DNA of 64,000 nt. Origin: Octopus sinensis (lineage: Eukaryota). The DNA lies in contig NC_042999.1 of NCBI RefSeq assembly GCF_006345805.1, forward strand, positions 79,546,001-79,610,000. The letters are read 5' to 3'. A program made the position numbers and the translations under genes. The notes beneath the pieces are model-generated. The model was not told where the DNA came from, searched no databases, and saw nothing but the letters and a program-made list of their open reading frames with translations. The first letter of the stretch is position 1, and each line of letters starts with the position of its first letter. Below are positions 12,421 to 25,038 of this stretch, one piece after another.

Positions 12421-13699
12421 TGTACGTATTTGTGTCTGAGTTTTTAGTTTTATTTAAGTTCTTCAGACAGTTCAAGTCGGTCGCTAACAAATCGACAAAT
12501 TTGAGTTAAGAGAGTTCACGGTGTTTGTAAATATGTAGTTCAGTTGGTGAGTTCCTTGAGATGTCGGTACACTCACTTGAGCGTCTGCATCTATTTATCT
12601 AAAGAATCTTATATGGAGAATCTTTGGAATATCTTACAAATCTTCATGGATTGGATTTTGAGAATGATACCCGTCAGCAGAAAAAAATTGGGGTAAAAGA
12701 ATATGGAAAATGAGAATGGTATATATCAATATGATGATAACATAGAGGAAGGGAGTAAAAGAATAAGGAGACGGAAAGAGATAAGAAAAGAATGAGGTAT
12801 AAAAGTTCATGGCTCAACTTTCCGAAGAAACCAAAGCATGAGTCCTTAGGTGTAATCCTGCGTAGGCAAGATTACACCAAAGTTGGAAAGTTGAACTATG
12901 AAATTTTATGCTTCTTTTTTCTACTATTCTACCTCTTTTTTCTTCTTTATGCTCTTTAGCGTCTGTTTCTAATTCAGTACGTGGCGAAGCACTTAGCTGA
13001 CCCCTGATTATAATTATGTATATAATTATAGAATATTTTATATAATTCACCTAAAAAGGATTTTTTAAAGTACTGACTATTTTACAAAATTATTAATTAT
13101 TTATTAATTAATTTAACCCTATATATATATATATATTATATATATATATGCATAATATATAAGACCAGTAAGGCCAAATGGTGGCATATTTAGAAATTGT
13201 CTATAACTTCTAGTTTACCAATACTATGTGAGTGATATTGATTGGACAATATAGAAGCCATCGGAATGATTCTACCTGCAATTTAAAGGTACATCATGTC
13301 ATATACAGTCGGCCACGCTGGTTTTGATTGAAAATTAAGGTAAAGGAACACATATATGCGTGTGGATTATTCAGGCACGTAGACCCTCATTTTATGAGTA
13401 ATTTAGTTAACAGAACACCTGAATCTTTATCGTCGAAGCTGATGGAGATCCATCCATGGTATACACACACACACACACACATTTACCCATACACACACAC
13501 ACAGGCGGACATACATACACCACATTATGCATCTATACATATGTTTCGCCACATGCATAGACACTCTCATGCTCATGTTAATTTACACACGTGTGCATAC
13601 ATAAATAGACATACACTTATGTGTATATATAGGTAAATGTGTATGGGTGAATGTAACAATCATGTATGTATTTATATGTGTGTATGTGTCTGTGTGCAT

Positions 13700-13746
<47 letters not shown>

Positions 13747-13765
13747 GGTATATACACACATGCAT

Positions 13766-13802
<37 letters not shown>

Positions 13803-14562
13803 CGTACGTATCTATGTGTCTATGCATGTACAGTCACATGTATATATCAAAAAGAGAAACAGTAGACATAATTTTATTACTATTCTTATTTCAGCTTTTT
13901 CTCATTCTTCTTACTCTAACAAGTAAACGGAAATGATCTTATAGTATCGGACAGACAAGTCAGCCATATATAACCCAAATATTTCGTTGGTTGTCCTTAT
14001 TTTTGTTTGTTAGGGTTTACTTGTTACACAGCTAATTCTTTTGTACATGTTGTTGAGTTTTATTATTGTTTCATTGTTCCACTCTTAAATGCAGAGAACA
14101 AAATCGCCTTCAAGTTTGGACGATTCGCATTCTGGGATTACCTATGTTTGTTCTACTTTGTTCTTTTTAAATGCATTGATATGTTGGAAGAAGTGAATTG
14201 TTAAATATGTGCTAGGCCAGCCACTGTGACTGTCTGCTTTGTGAATAAACACATATATACATACATGCATACCCACATACACACATATATATATATACTT
14301 ATATACACATGAACTATATAGATACAAACAAATTTATCCACACATATACATTAACATACACACATATATATGCATTCACAAATAAGTAGACAAATATATG
14401 AATACATACATACATACATACATACATAAGTGTGTATGTATGCATGTATATATCTTTACACAGACAATATGTATTTTTTATCTAAAGAAAGAGTACTCAG
14501 AATATGGTGTAGAGTATTCATTAAGGAATAACCGTGTTGCTAGTCGGAGATTTGCACTATTA

Positions 14563-14633
<71 letters not shown>

Positions 14634-14644
14634 TATATACGATC

Positions 14645-14806
14645 GATCGTCTGTCGGCTACGTTTTGAGTTCAAATCTGCCGAGGTCGATTTTACCTTTC
14701 ATCCTTTCGGGGTCAATAAATTAAGTACAAGTTGCATACTGGGTGCGATCTAATCGACTGGCCCCCTCTTCCCAAAATTTCAGGCCTTGCACCTAGAGTA
14801 GAAAAG
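14645..14806 (+). mobile_element. 5'-truncated family A SINE
   Basis: CTACGTTTTGAGTTCAAATCTGCCGAGGTCGATTTTACCTTTCATCCTTTCGGGGTCAATAAATTAAGTAC...GGCCTTGCACCTAGAGTAGAAAAG. Confidence 0.85.
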
Positions 14807-14997
14807 ATACATATTCAATCGAGCATACTGTATTTAGTGAATTTCAGAAGCAAGATATCTTCATACTCTCTGTGGTGGTAATCGGTACATCAAACGATGA
14901 ATAGAAGCTTTTTGCATCACATTAGTGGTTTATTAGTATTTATGTTAAATGTGCATTCATACCAAGTTCATTTCTGTTTCAATACCTATCATCAAAT

Positions 14998-15391
14998 AAG
15001 GTGAGCTGGCAGAAACGTTAGCCCGCCGAGCGAAATGCTTAGCGGTATTTCGTCTGCCGCTACGTTCTGAGTTCAAATTCCGCCGAGGTCGACTTTGCCT
15101 TTCATCCCTTCGGGGTCGATAAATTAAGTACCAGTTACGCACTGGAGTCGATATAATCGACTTAATCCCTTTGTCTGTCCTTGTTTGTCCTCTCTGTGTT
15201 TAGCCCTTTGTGGGTAGTAAAGAAATAGGTATTTCATCTGTCTTGACGTTCTGAGTTCAAATTCCGCCGTGGTTGACTTCGCCTTTCATCCTTTCGAGGT
15301 CGATAAATTAAGTACCAGTTGCGTACTGGGGTAGATTTAATCGACTAGATCCCTCCCCCACAATATCGGGCTTGGTGGCTTGAGAAGAAAG
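14998..15391 (+). mobile_element. Dimeric family A SINE inserted as one unit
   Basis: A full monomer (14998-15228) is followed by a headless second body with a different tail. A perfect 17-bp TSD AATACCTATCATCAAAT lies at 14981-14997 and 15392-15408. Confidence 0.9.
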
Positions 15392-16702
15392 AATACCTAT
15401 CATCAAATGCAACCAAGTTGTGGTCAATCTGATTTCTATTTTTTTGCAGTGTGCATTCAATACTTCATTAAAGTATCGTCTTCCTCTTTCAAGACATCAG
15501 ACAGTGAATTTACAGATAAGTTGCTGCGAATCAAAGTAGCTCGAACGACCGCCTAACAGTTGCCGACTCATAAATCTTTGCACTCGTTATTGTTTTGTTC
15601 TTACTTAGTCCCGATTTAGTGAATGGTTCTCCGTCGGTTTCGAAGATGAATATACAATTATTCATTCAACAACCATATATCACATTAATGTAATCCTCTG
15701 GTAAAATCCTTTATGTACAGTGGGCGACTGGAGTGGACGTGTGAATTACAGTTACAGTCCACTTGATGTGAGTAAGATCAGTTTCCTTCAGCACAATTTC
15801 CATCAAAGGACTTTGATCAATGCGAAGAAAAGTTAAGTGTCACATAACCAAGATACGACACAGCGAGATCGAACCTGAGATCTTGCGCTTGCGAAGCAAA
15901 CTTCGTAAACATTTGGCCATTCTGTCTGTGTCCACCCTGATTGAGCAGACCAGCCCATTATATTTTCGAACATAACATATTTATGACTATATTATGTGTA
16001 TATAAGATGCTAGGGTTCCATTTGAGAGAGATTTGGCCTTACTTTTTCCAGGCTGTGCAACTACAAAATGACTGTCTTTCCCCTTGTATAAACAGACATC
16101 AATAAATTGTCAAAATAATGATCACGATTTAGTATTAGCGTAGCTTTTGTTCAATCATTATTAACCTAAATCGAAGTTTATTCTCGGTCCATCAGATATT
16201 GACTCTTTGATTACTTAATCATGTACATAATCTTATATTGCTTAACCTTATGTATACGCCTTTATTATAGGGTATTTACAGAATCGTTAGAGAGCTAGGA
16301 CTTATTCTGGCTTTTTACGCTCTAAATTGAGATCCCTTCATGATCAATATTAATTTTCCAATCTTTCGAGGATTGATGAAATGTAGTGAAGTCGAATTTT
16401 ATCGATTGGACCTCTCTACCATATTTTTGCCCGTTTCTTATGACAAAAAAATAAATTAAAAAAAAGCAAAAACAAATAAGCAAACAAACAAAAAGTCCAG
16501 TTATCTAATATTGCGTTTACTATTTAGGTTTCGGGTAACTGGCCTTTATCTGAGAAAGGAAGAGGGAAAATTGCCCGATTCCTTTGATTTTAGTACGCGC
16601 GCGCACACACATGTATGTATGTGTGTATATATATAATTTTATTTGTTAGGGAATAAAAATTCCGGCATAACAAAGGTTCAAATTATTCTCAATGAAGAAA
16701 TT

Positions 16703-17923
16703 TATACTTTCATTTAGAGATAGTAGGCCTCTTCATCTCACCATATAAAAAATAATTTTTATTTTAAATACCTACTACTTTATAACTTGGCTACACGTGT
16801 TTCATGAGGTACATTTCCTGGTTCCTAAACCACTCCGTGTTTTGCTGGAACCATTCTTAAAATATAACCCCAACTATCAGGCCCCTATATCACTTTCTCA
16901 TAGTTCAATACTATAAAATATATTACAATTTTTTAAAACCCATAAGTGTGTTTAAAATAGGTTCGCCGGACCATACAGTACAAGCCATAATTTAATTCAA
17001 ATAAAAAAATTACAAAAATAAAAATAAAATTACAAAAATAAAATAAAATAAGAAATAAAAATGCGAAAAAATACGAAAATTAAAAATTTACAAAAACTAT
17101 GTTCTTACGTAACTGATATCTATGAATATATAAATTAGTAATATATAAGGTTAAAAATAAAATATATACTTGTGATAATATAAAATGATATAAAATGAAG
17201 GGAATGGCAAGAAAAATAAATACTAATAAAAATGGAGGCAAAGACAAATAAAGATTTTCGAATAAAAGATATAGTACTAATTACGAACTGCAAAATTTAC
17301 AAATGATATGAATGATAACTTTTAAAAATTTACAAATGATATGAATGATAACTTTTAAAAATCTACAAATGATACGAATGATAACTTTTAAAAATCTACA
17401 AAATGAAATAAAATAAAAATAACTTGATGGTAACATAAAGGAAAATATACAAGTCACCGATGGCTCCATTATCCTACAACGTCTTAATTATGGCTTGACA
17501 TTGCAAAGTCCAGCGAAGTATTCCCACACCCCCTTCCTGCTTCTTTTAAACTATAATTTAATTAACATATTATCTACATAGTAAACATGTTCCACGAACC
17601 TACAAAAATGCATCATGGGAACATAACTTTTTTTTATTTCGTATTATTCCGTATTATTAAATGGTATAAAGTATATAGATAGGTTGAGGTTAACGGGGAA
17701 GGATTTAAAATTAAAAGAAAATCATATAAGAGACAATACTTTAAATAATATAGAAGATATATATTTTAAGAATGGTTCCAGCAAAACACGGAGTGGTTTA
17801 GGAACCAGGAAATGTACCTCATGAAACACGTGTAGCCAAGTTATAAAGTAGTAGGTATTTAAAATAAAAATTATTTTTTATATGGTGAGATGAAGGGGCC
17901 AAATATCTCTAAATGAAAGTATA
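16703..17923. mobile_element. Foldback-type element with 164-bp near-perfect inverted repeats
   Basis: 16703-16866 versus the reverse complement of 17760-17923 shows only 3 mismatches by manual alignment, all in the outer 30 bp. AT-rich non-coding interior; no clear TSD. Confidence 0.75.
17290..17404. repeat. 33-bp minisatellite, ~3.4 copies
   Basis: Unit AAAT(T/C)TACAAATGATA(T/C)GAATGATAACTTTTAA; it explains the 11-aa periodicity of the 17281-17469 ORF. Confidence 0.9.
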
Positions 17924-17973
17924 TATATGTTGATAGATAGATACACAAAGAAAAGAAAGATAGATGGAGGATA

Positions 17974-18040
<67 letters not shown>

Positions 18041-18041
18041 A

Positions 18042-18082
<41 letters not shown>

Positions 18083-18107
18083 GTACATGTATATATTGTG
18101 CTTGTGG

Positions 18108-18151
<44 letters not shown>

Positions 18152-18210
18152 ATAGTAATGCAATACGAGAGTATTGCCTTCCAGTAAAGGATAGCCAGTG
18201 AGGGTAAAAT

Positions 18211-18357
18211 TATACATATAAAAGTAAATAAATGGCACAACGAAGCACCGATATTTACTAGAAAATAGCGAACGTAATAAATACGACGTATTTATTACAT
18301 TCGCTATTTTCCAGTAAATATCGGTGCTTCGTTGTGCCATTTATTTACTTTTATATG

Positions 18358-18361
<4 letters not shown>
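18211..18361. repeat. 151-bp near-perfect palindrome (MITE-like)
   Basis: 75-bp arms centred on 18286 (AATACG-A-CGTATT), 2 mismatches, flanked by TA-rich sequence. Confidence 0.92.
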
Positions 18362-18391
<30 letters not shown>

Positions 18392-18810
18392 ATATATACA
18401 TTTCAGGTACGTGCCGTCAGTAACTACTCAGAGTAGGCGGTTGGTGATCTTTATATAGTAAAACACAAAAAATAAGCGAAACACAGACGCACGACTGAGT
18501 TGAGGGCAGATTTACTTCTGCCTTTATAACAGGTGAATTGTAGGAGTGCTGTAGTAATGTACGCAACACGTGTACTATAGCACCACTATGCGTAGCTTAA
18601 ATACTGAGATTGAAAAGCTGGGACGAATTATGCCTACCTAATCTACAAAAAAATAAGATATTTTACATTTTATGCATAGTAATCAGAGTAAACTTCATAA
18701 TTTTGTTGAATTAGGTGCATATTTTGCCATAAGAGGAAAATGCTACAATCGATCTCTTTAATTCAAGGTAGAAAGAGCGTACCTTTCCTACATACGCGGC
18801 ACGTTCCTGG

Positions 18811-18860
<50 letters not shown>

Positions 18861-19109
18861 GAGAGAGAAAGAGAGATAGTAGATAGACAGATAGTAAGAA
18901 AAATGGAAACGCATACAAGCGCATACACACGCAAGCATGCGCGCGCGCAAGCATACACACATGTGTGCATATGTGTGTGTGCGCGTGCGCGTGCCTTCAT
19001 TAAGGCTCGATGTGTTTAAATGATTAAAAGAAATGCTACGTAGTCGCCTTGCATCCCACTACATAGCATAGCTTCTAGTATATGACTCTTTTGTCGTGGA
19101 AAATGAAAT

Positions 19110-20360
19110 AAATAAACTTTGCTGTTGTGTTTTCACATGCTTTCCAAAACTCTGAGAGGTGGGTATTTACATAAAATATCGAACAACAGGGAATGTTTTT
19201 AATCTGACCAGACTGGAATTCAAAACAAATGTTTTTACTTCACTCATTAGGGAATTTTTATACGCTAACGATTGCGATCTTTCTGAAACAGGTCTTCTGA
19301 AACAGGTCTGCAATCTCTTGTATCTACAGTTCACTCAGATTGTGATGATTTTCGCTTGACCATCAACTTGAAAAAAAACAAAAAAAACAGTTGTAATGCA
19401 TCAACCTGCGTGTTGTGCTGTTAGTAAACCCCACTAAAATTTTTGCTAAGGGTAAGTTATTTGAGGGTGTCAATTCGTTCAACTACTTTGGAAGCTCTGT
19501 ACAAAATGATGGAAATCTTGATACAGAAATACAGCTGCAAATTCAAAGGGCAGTAAAAGCATTTGGTAGATTGGAGTCACGAATTTGGTGCCAGTGACAT
19601 ATAAATAAGAATTCAAAGCTGGCTCTTTACAAATCATTTGTCTTACCATCCCTGTTCTATTCTTGTGAAAAATCAACTTGTTATGAAAGGCATTTTAAAT
19701 TGTTAGAACAATTGCACGAAAAATGCCTTCCTTGCATTTTAAACATTAAATGGCGTTCTTTTACTCCAAACACAGATGTCCTTGCATCTGCAGGCATCAC
19801 CTCAAGTAAAGCTATGATTTTGAGGAACCAGATGAGATGGTGTGGTCATATTGTTCGAATGGCGGATGAACGCAAGCCGAAACAGTTGTTTTATGGTCAG
19901 CATGCAGGGGGTGGGGAAACGCTATCGGCGTAAACCTAAATAAAGGTTTAAGGACGGCATAAGGACTTCTCTGAAGTCACTTGGAATGGATCCAGAAGAC
20001 ATAGAGACCCTTGCTTCGGATCGAGTTGGATGGCGAACAAAAGCGTTTGAAGAGGCCAGGATAACGCATGTAAATTGCAAACCCATGGAAAACGAAACCC
20101 CACCAACTATTCTGCCTATATGTCTGTGATCACCTTTGAATGGAGTGTATGCCAGAAGGTTTGCAAATCTAACGGTGGCCTCAAAAGGCATTTCAAGAAC
20201 TGACTTGCAGCTCTTGGTGGTCCAAATTGGATGTACAATCTATGTGGGTGTCTTTTCAGACCATTGTCTGGTTTAAAAAGCCACATCAGATGCCATGATG
20301 ATTCTAAGGTGTAGGTACAGGACATGGTCAAATTCTGCCTAAGGAGAAGACAACCACCAT
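19110..20360 (+). mobile_element. Decayed RTE-clade LINE, 3' portion (RT to 3' end)
   Basis: GIYIKYRTTGNVFNL...REFLYANDCDL (YADD-like), FNYFGS...DTEIQ..IQRA..AFGRL, MRWCGHIVRMADERKPKQLFYG, two C-terminal C2H2-like motifs and a 3' end GGAGAAGACAACCACCA. Multiple stops and frameshifts. Confidence 0.9.
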
Positions 20361-20480
20361 GTATTTATGCATGTATGTATGCATGTATGTATGTATTTAT
20401 GTATGCATGTATGTATGTATGTATGTATGTATGTATGTATGTATGTATGTATGTATGTATGTATGTATGTATGTATGTAT
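20360..20480. repeat. (TATG)n tetranucleotide microsatellite between two convergent LINE 3' ends
   Basis: Direct reading of the sequence. Confidence 0.9.
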
Positions 20481-20752
20481 GCGTGCGTGCAAGTTTGTAT
20501 GCTTTGTTTCATGTATGGCTTCTCATGTGTATACTTGCATATATAGACATGCTCATATATAATTAAATGATAAACGTCTGGAAAGTTACACAGATTTTTA
20601 CAGTTCCAGTGATGGCTTGTACCTGTAGTCTTCGAATCAGCTTTCTCCCTTCTGGTTTAGAGAAGCCTAATTTCTCAAGAATAGTATTTAGGCAATGTGT
20701 TACGTATCCCAGTACCCCAATAATTACAGGTATTAGCCTAAATTTCATGATG

Positions 20753-20755
<3 letters not shown>
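20480..20755 (-). mobile_element. 3' end of an R4/Dong-like (restriction-like endonuclease) non-LTR retrotransposon
   Basis: Minus-strand frame KFRLIPVIIGVLGYVTHCLNTILEKLGF...LQVQAITGTVKICVTFQTFII* resembles the PIIIGALG...LQ...GT C-terminus of R4-clade ORFs. The short 3' UTR runs into (CATA)n. Confidence 0.7.
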
Positions 20756-20799
<44 letters not shown>

Positions 20800-21648
20800 T
20801 CACATATGCATGCATATATACTTATATTCATACATACACACACATACACACACATATATATATATATATATGTGTGTGTGTATAGGTGTATGTTCATGTT
20901 TTTGTATGTCTTTGTGTATGTGTATGTGTTTATGAGTTTAGGTGTACACGCATGTACGCTTGTTTCCATTTTATTGTACACGCATGTAAATGTCTGTGAG
21001 GTGTGTGTGTGTGTATAAGCTTGTGCATATGTGTGTAATACTGAATGAGTCGTAACTATAAAAGGAACAAGATCACCACCACCACTACCACAACCAAGAA
21101 TAACAGCAACAACAACTACAACAAGAACAAAATTAATCACAAGAACAGATTATTGAGAAAATGGTTGGCAAAATAAAGAAATGAGTTAAAATCAACACAT
21201 TTCCTTGTGTGAAATTTCTATCAACTTAAAATAGATAAGAATGAAAGAGATACACATATTTAAGGGAAGAGGAAAAAGAGAGAGAGATAAGTTTAGGACA
21301 TAGGAAAAGATCGGAATACACATACATACACAGACATATATACACATACACATACACACATACACACACATACACTCGTGGTTGTTGTTTGACTCTAAGA
21401 CACAAGCCATGCTGCCGTGCTGTGTGTTTGAGTCAAAATGTAAACACGTTCACGTTTTGACATATTCATGGCCGAATCTATGTGTCCTATGCGGTAGGTT
21501 CGACTTTTTTTTCTCCTTAATCGGTAAGGTTGTGTGCCTTCCAAGGGTCTGCGCCCTGTTTTTTGTTTCTGTTTATTTAACTTTTTTCATCTTGTCACTC
21601 TTTGCTATCCTTCTCCCTTCTCTCTCCCTCTTCCCCCTCTTTCTCTGT

Positions 21649-21720
<72 letters not shown>

Positions 21721-23194
21721 ATGCATATATATATGTATATATGTATGGATATATGTATGTATGTATCCCAAATTCTTTCTCTTTTATATGTGATGGCATG
21801 TACCATTTAAAAAAGAAATGACGGATATTTGTTGCTATTAAAATTCCTAAAAGTTTGTATTTTCCATATGTCACTAAATCAAAGAGTTGATATAAAAATA
21901 AAACGAAAACATATAAAAATAAAAGTAGAAAGACTTGTTTTGTTTTATCGAAGATATTTGACATTGTAAAAGAAGTAAAAAAAAACAACGAACAAAATTA
22001 AAAGAAAGAAAACCCAATGGAAAGAAGAAATCCTTTAAAATATTCTGGTACCTATAACAAATATTGTTTTTTCTTTTCTTTTTTATTTTCTTTGATAGTC
22101 ATAAATATCTTAGAAATATATAAAGTATAAGCGTATGAGAATAGATACGAAAAATGTGTTATTTCTCCTATGTACTTGTGTCTAAAGTACCATTAGATGA
22201 CCTCTGAAAGGTCAGCCGAATTGATCATCATGTACTACACCTTATTGATATTTTTGAGGAAACGCTCAATTATATTGATCCAAGTATTGGCCTGATATTT
22301 GTTAAATCAGAATTATGAAAGCAAGAACTGTTGAACACAGAACGTAATGGGTTATAATTAATTACGGTAAAACATTGAAATAATTTGTTTCTCTCTCAGA
22401 CCACGAAATGTTAGAAGTCCATCAATGTATCAAGTGAATTGAGGCAGGTTAAGTGCTCATCAAACAATGTTGCTCCTGTGCCATATATTAAGGCAGGGAA
22501 CATTTCCAAAAATATTTAAGAGAAAATATTTTTAAGCAAAAATATCGTTATTTTAGTCATGGCTAATTTAACCTCATATGAGTAGGATCACCGATCTACC
22601 GATTGAGGAAACATCTAGTTATATCGCTCCAAGTATTCGTCTGTTATTTCTTAAGGTCGACCTTAGTAGAATTTGCCGAACTCAGAAGATAATGGTCTAC
22701 AAGTAATTACTGACTAAAGAGGACAAAAGATTAAATATCTGCTGGTATTTAGTCACGCTCGCCACGTCCGAGTTCAATACCATCTGTTTCGACTTTGTTT
22801 CCATACTTCCTGTCAGATATTGAGTTAATGCATTCATCTAAATGACCCATCTCTGAGATAGTGGTTTCCAAACGGTACACCGCAGATTTCAAAAACATAA
22901 TTGAAAGCTTTATAAAATTTATATTATTGCGCTGAGCAGCTTGACAAACGTGTTATTAATAATCTTGTCACACATTGTATGATAAATAAAGCAAGTTAAT
23001 AACCTGCTAAATGTTTTTAAACTTTAAACAAAAGTTTATTTTTAACTTTCCATACGAAGTGCACTTGTAATCTTATAATTTTCATGCGAAATCCACAATT
23101 TCTTTTTTATTTTCCAGAGCAATGTGATATGAAAAATATTGATAGTCGCTGACTGAATCAATCTCAACTATTTTGATTCCATGATGTCAAAAAA

Positions 23195-23496
23195 GTGGAG
23201 GCACATGGTCTAGTGGTTAGAGCAGCGGACTCTCAGTCGATGGATCGCGGGTTCGAATCTCAGACCGGGCGATGTGTGTGTTTATGAACGAAACACCTAA
23301 GCTCCACGCGGCTCCGGAAGAATGTAATGGCGGACTTCTGCTGACTCTTTCGCCTCAACTTTCTCTCACATTTTTTCCTCCTGCATCTTGCAGCTCACCT
23401 GCGACGGTCCGGCGTCCCGTCCAGGTGGGGAACCTATACGCCGAGGAAACCGGGAAACCGGCCCTTATGAGCCAGGTATGACTCCAGAAGGAACAA
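23195..23496 (+). mobile_element. tRNA-derived SINE family C, full length with TSD
   Basis: A-box TGGTCTAGTGG and B-box GGTTCGAATC; tail GCGACGGTCCGGCGTCCCGTCCAGG...GAAACCGGGAAACCGG. Perfect 14-bp TSD ATGATGTCAAAAAA at 23181-23194 and 23497-23510. Confidence 0.9.
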
Positions 23497-23554
23497 ATGA
23501 TGTCAAAAAAAGATTGATACGTAGTCGTCTGTTTATCCTTGAAATTGTTGTGCC

Positions 23555-23870
23555 GCCGGTCTGTAATGTCTGACATGCGCACAAAGTAACGAAACCATTC
23601 TCAACGGACTAATGCAATGTCTAAGCATTGCTGACTTGTGGAGTTATGTCCAACAACAGTCTTATCGTGTAGGATGAACCCGGCTCTAGGCCGAGTCTAT
23701 GGCACAGAAATGCCTTATCGCCTGCCTTTAGCAAACAAGGTGGGTCAGTCAGCGTTCCTAAAGGCGAGATTGTGTGGTGCAGGAAAGAGAAAGGGCTGAA
23801 GTCAGACACTTTCCTCCTTTCCTCCGTTTCTTAAATTCCGTTTGAAAAGGAGATCAAGTCAGTGAAAAAA
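23555..23870 (+). mobile_element. Older, diverged Tx1/L1-clade ORF2 C-terminal fragment
   Basis: CLTCAQSNETILNGLMQCLSIADLWSYVQQ (CxxC...ET...C...W) and ...KGLKSDTFL...LKFRLKRR align by eye with the 5979-6368 protein. Confidence 0.7.
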
Positions 23871-24665
23871 GAAAAAGAAAAGAAAAGTAAGAAATATCTG
23901 TCAGCAATGTGTCACACAAAGGTTATATATATCCTTGATGAGATATTTGTCCATGAGTGGGTAATAAGGAGAGTGACATACCAATACATCGGGAAGATGG
24001 GGTGCTTTCTGAATGCTTTTAAGCGATGAGCTGCAGAATCACGTGCACATCTCCAAGTGCTCCATCAACCCCACTCTATTGTTACGTCATTGCTACTACC
24101 AACGCTATTACCATGACCTTCCTCACCACCACAACCGCTGCCACCATTCATTACCACCACCACCACCATCCATCCCCACCACCGCCATCAATCATCACAA
24201 CTAATACAAATAAAATCCTGCTAATACTAGTAATATCCGGCTAATACAAAAGCCATCATCACTACCACCTCCAACATCACCCCCACAACCACCACCACAA
24301 CCACAATCAATAGCACTATGATAAACTTCGAGCCAGCTCCACTCCTCGTAACATTTTCTATACTGATATTCATTAATTATAATCTTACCACCAGCGTTGC
24401 TACTCCCCATACCACCATCGTCACTGCTATCAGAACCACCACTGCCACACCTCTCATTAAATGTGCATACATACTTCCCACCAGTCATTAAAAGCCTCCA
24501 CATCAACATCTCATATATACTAACACCCATTACGTCATCACCCGCAAATCACAACCACACCTTACAACTATCCACACAACCTCCATCACATATTCAACCT
24601 TACCCCACCCCACCCTTTACAACAAGCATCTCAGCATCTGTATACTATGACACTTATAACTTTCA

Positions 24666-24712
24666 GGCTATGTGGTAAGTAGCTTGCTTACCAACCACAT
24701 GGTTCAGGATTA
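24666..24712 (+). mobile_element. Family B SINE head fragment
   Basis: GGCTATGTGGTAAGTAGCTTGCTTACCAACCACATGGTTCAGG. Confidence 0.75.
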
Positions 24713-24715
24713 GTG

Positions 24716-24796
<81 letters not shown>

Positions 24797-24957
24797 CGAC
24801 GGGCTTCTTTCAGTTTTCGTTTACCAAATCCACTCACAAGGCTTTGGTCGACCCGAGGCTATAGCAGAAGACATTTGCCCAAGGTGCCACGCAGCGGGAC
24901 TGAAGACAAAACCATGTGGTTGGCAAGCAAGCTTCTTACCACACACCCACTCCTGTA
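24797..24957 (-). mobile_element. Family B SINE head plus CORE-like region
   Basis: ACGACGGGCTTCTTTCAGTTTTCG...TTGCCCAAGGTGCCACGCAG...TTACCACACACCCACTCCTG. Confidence 0.85.
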
Positions 24958-24975
24958 CCTATATGCATATATATA

Positions 24976-25036
<61 letters not shown>

Positions 25037-25038
<2 letters not shown>

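Noticed and set aside
22384-22455. Possible small exon (polypyrimidine-CAG ... GAGGCAG|GTTAAG)
   Set aside because: Splice-like signals alone are expected by chance; the most gene-like frame hits a stop, and there are no partner exons or recognisable protein.
23195-23275. tRNA gene (also heads at 36866, 40605 and the family A/B heads)
   Set aside because: A and B boxes are present but there is no complete cloverleaf, and each continues into a SINE body, some with TSDs.
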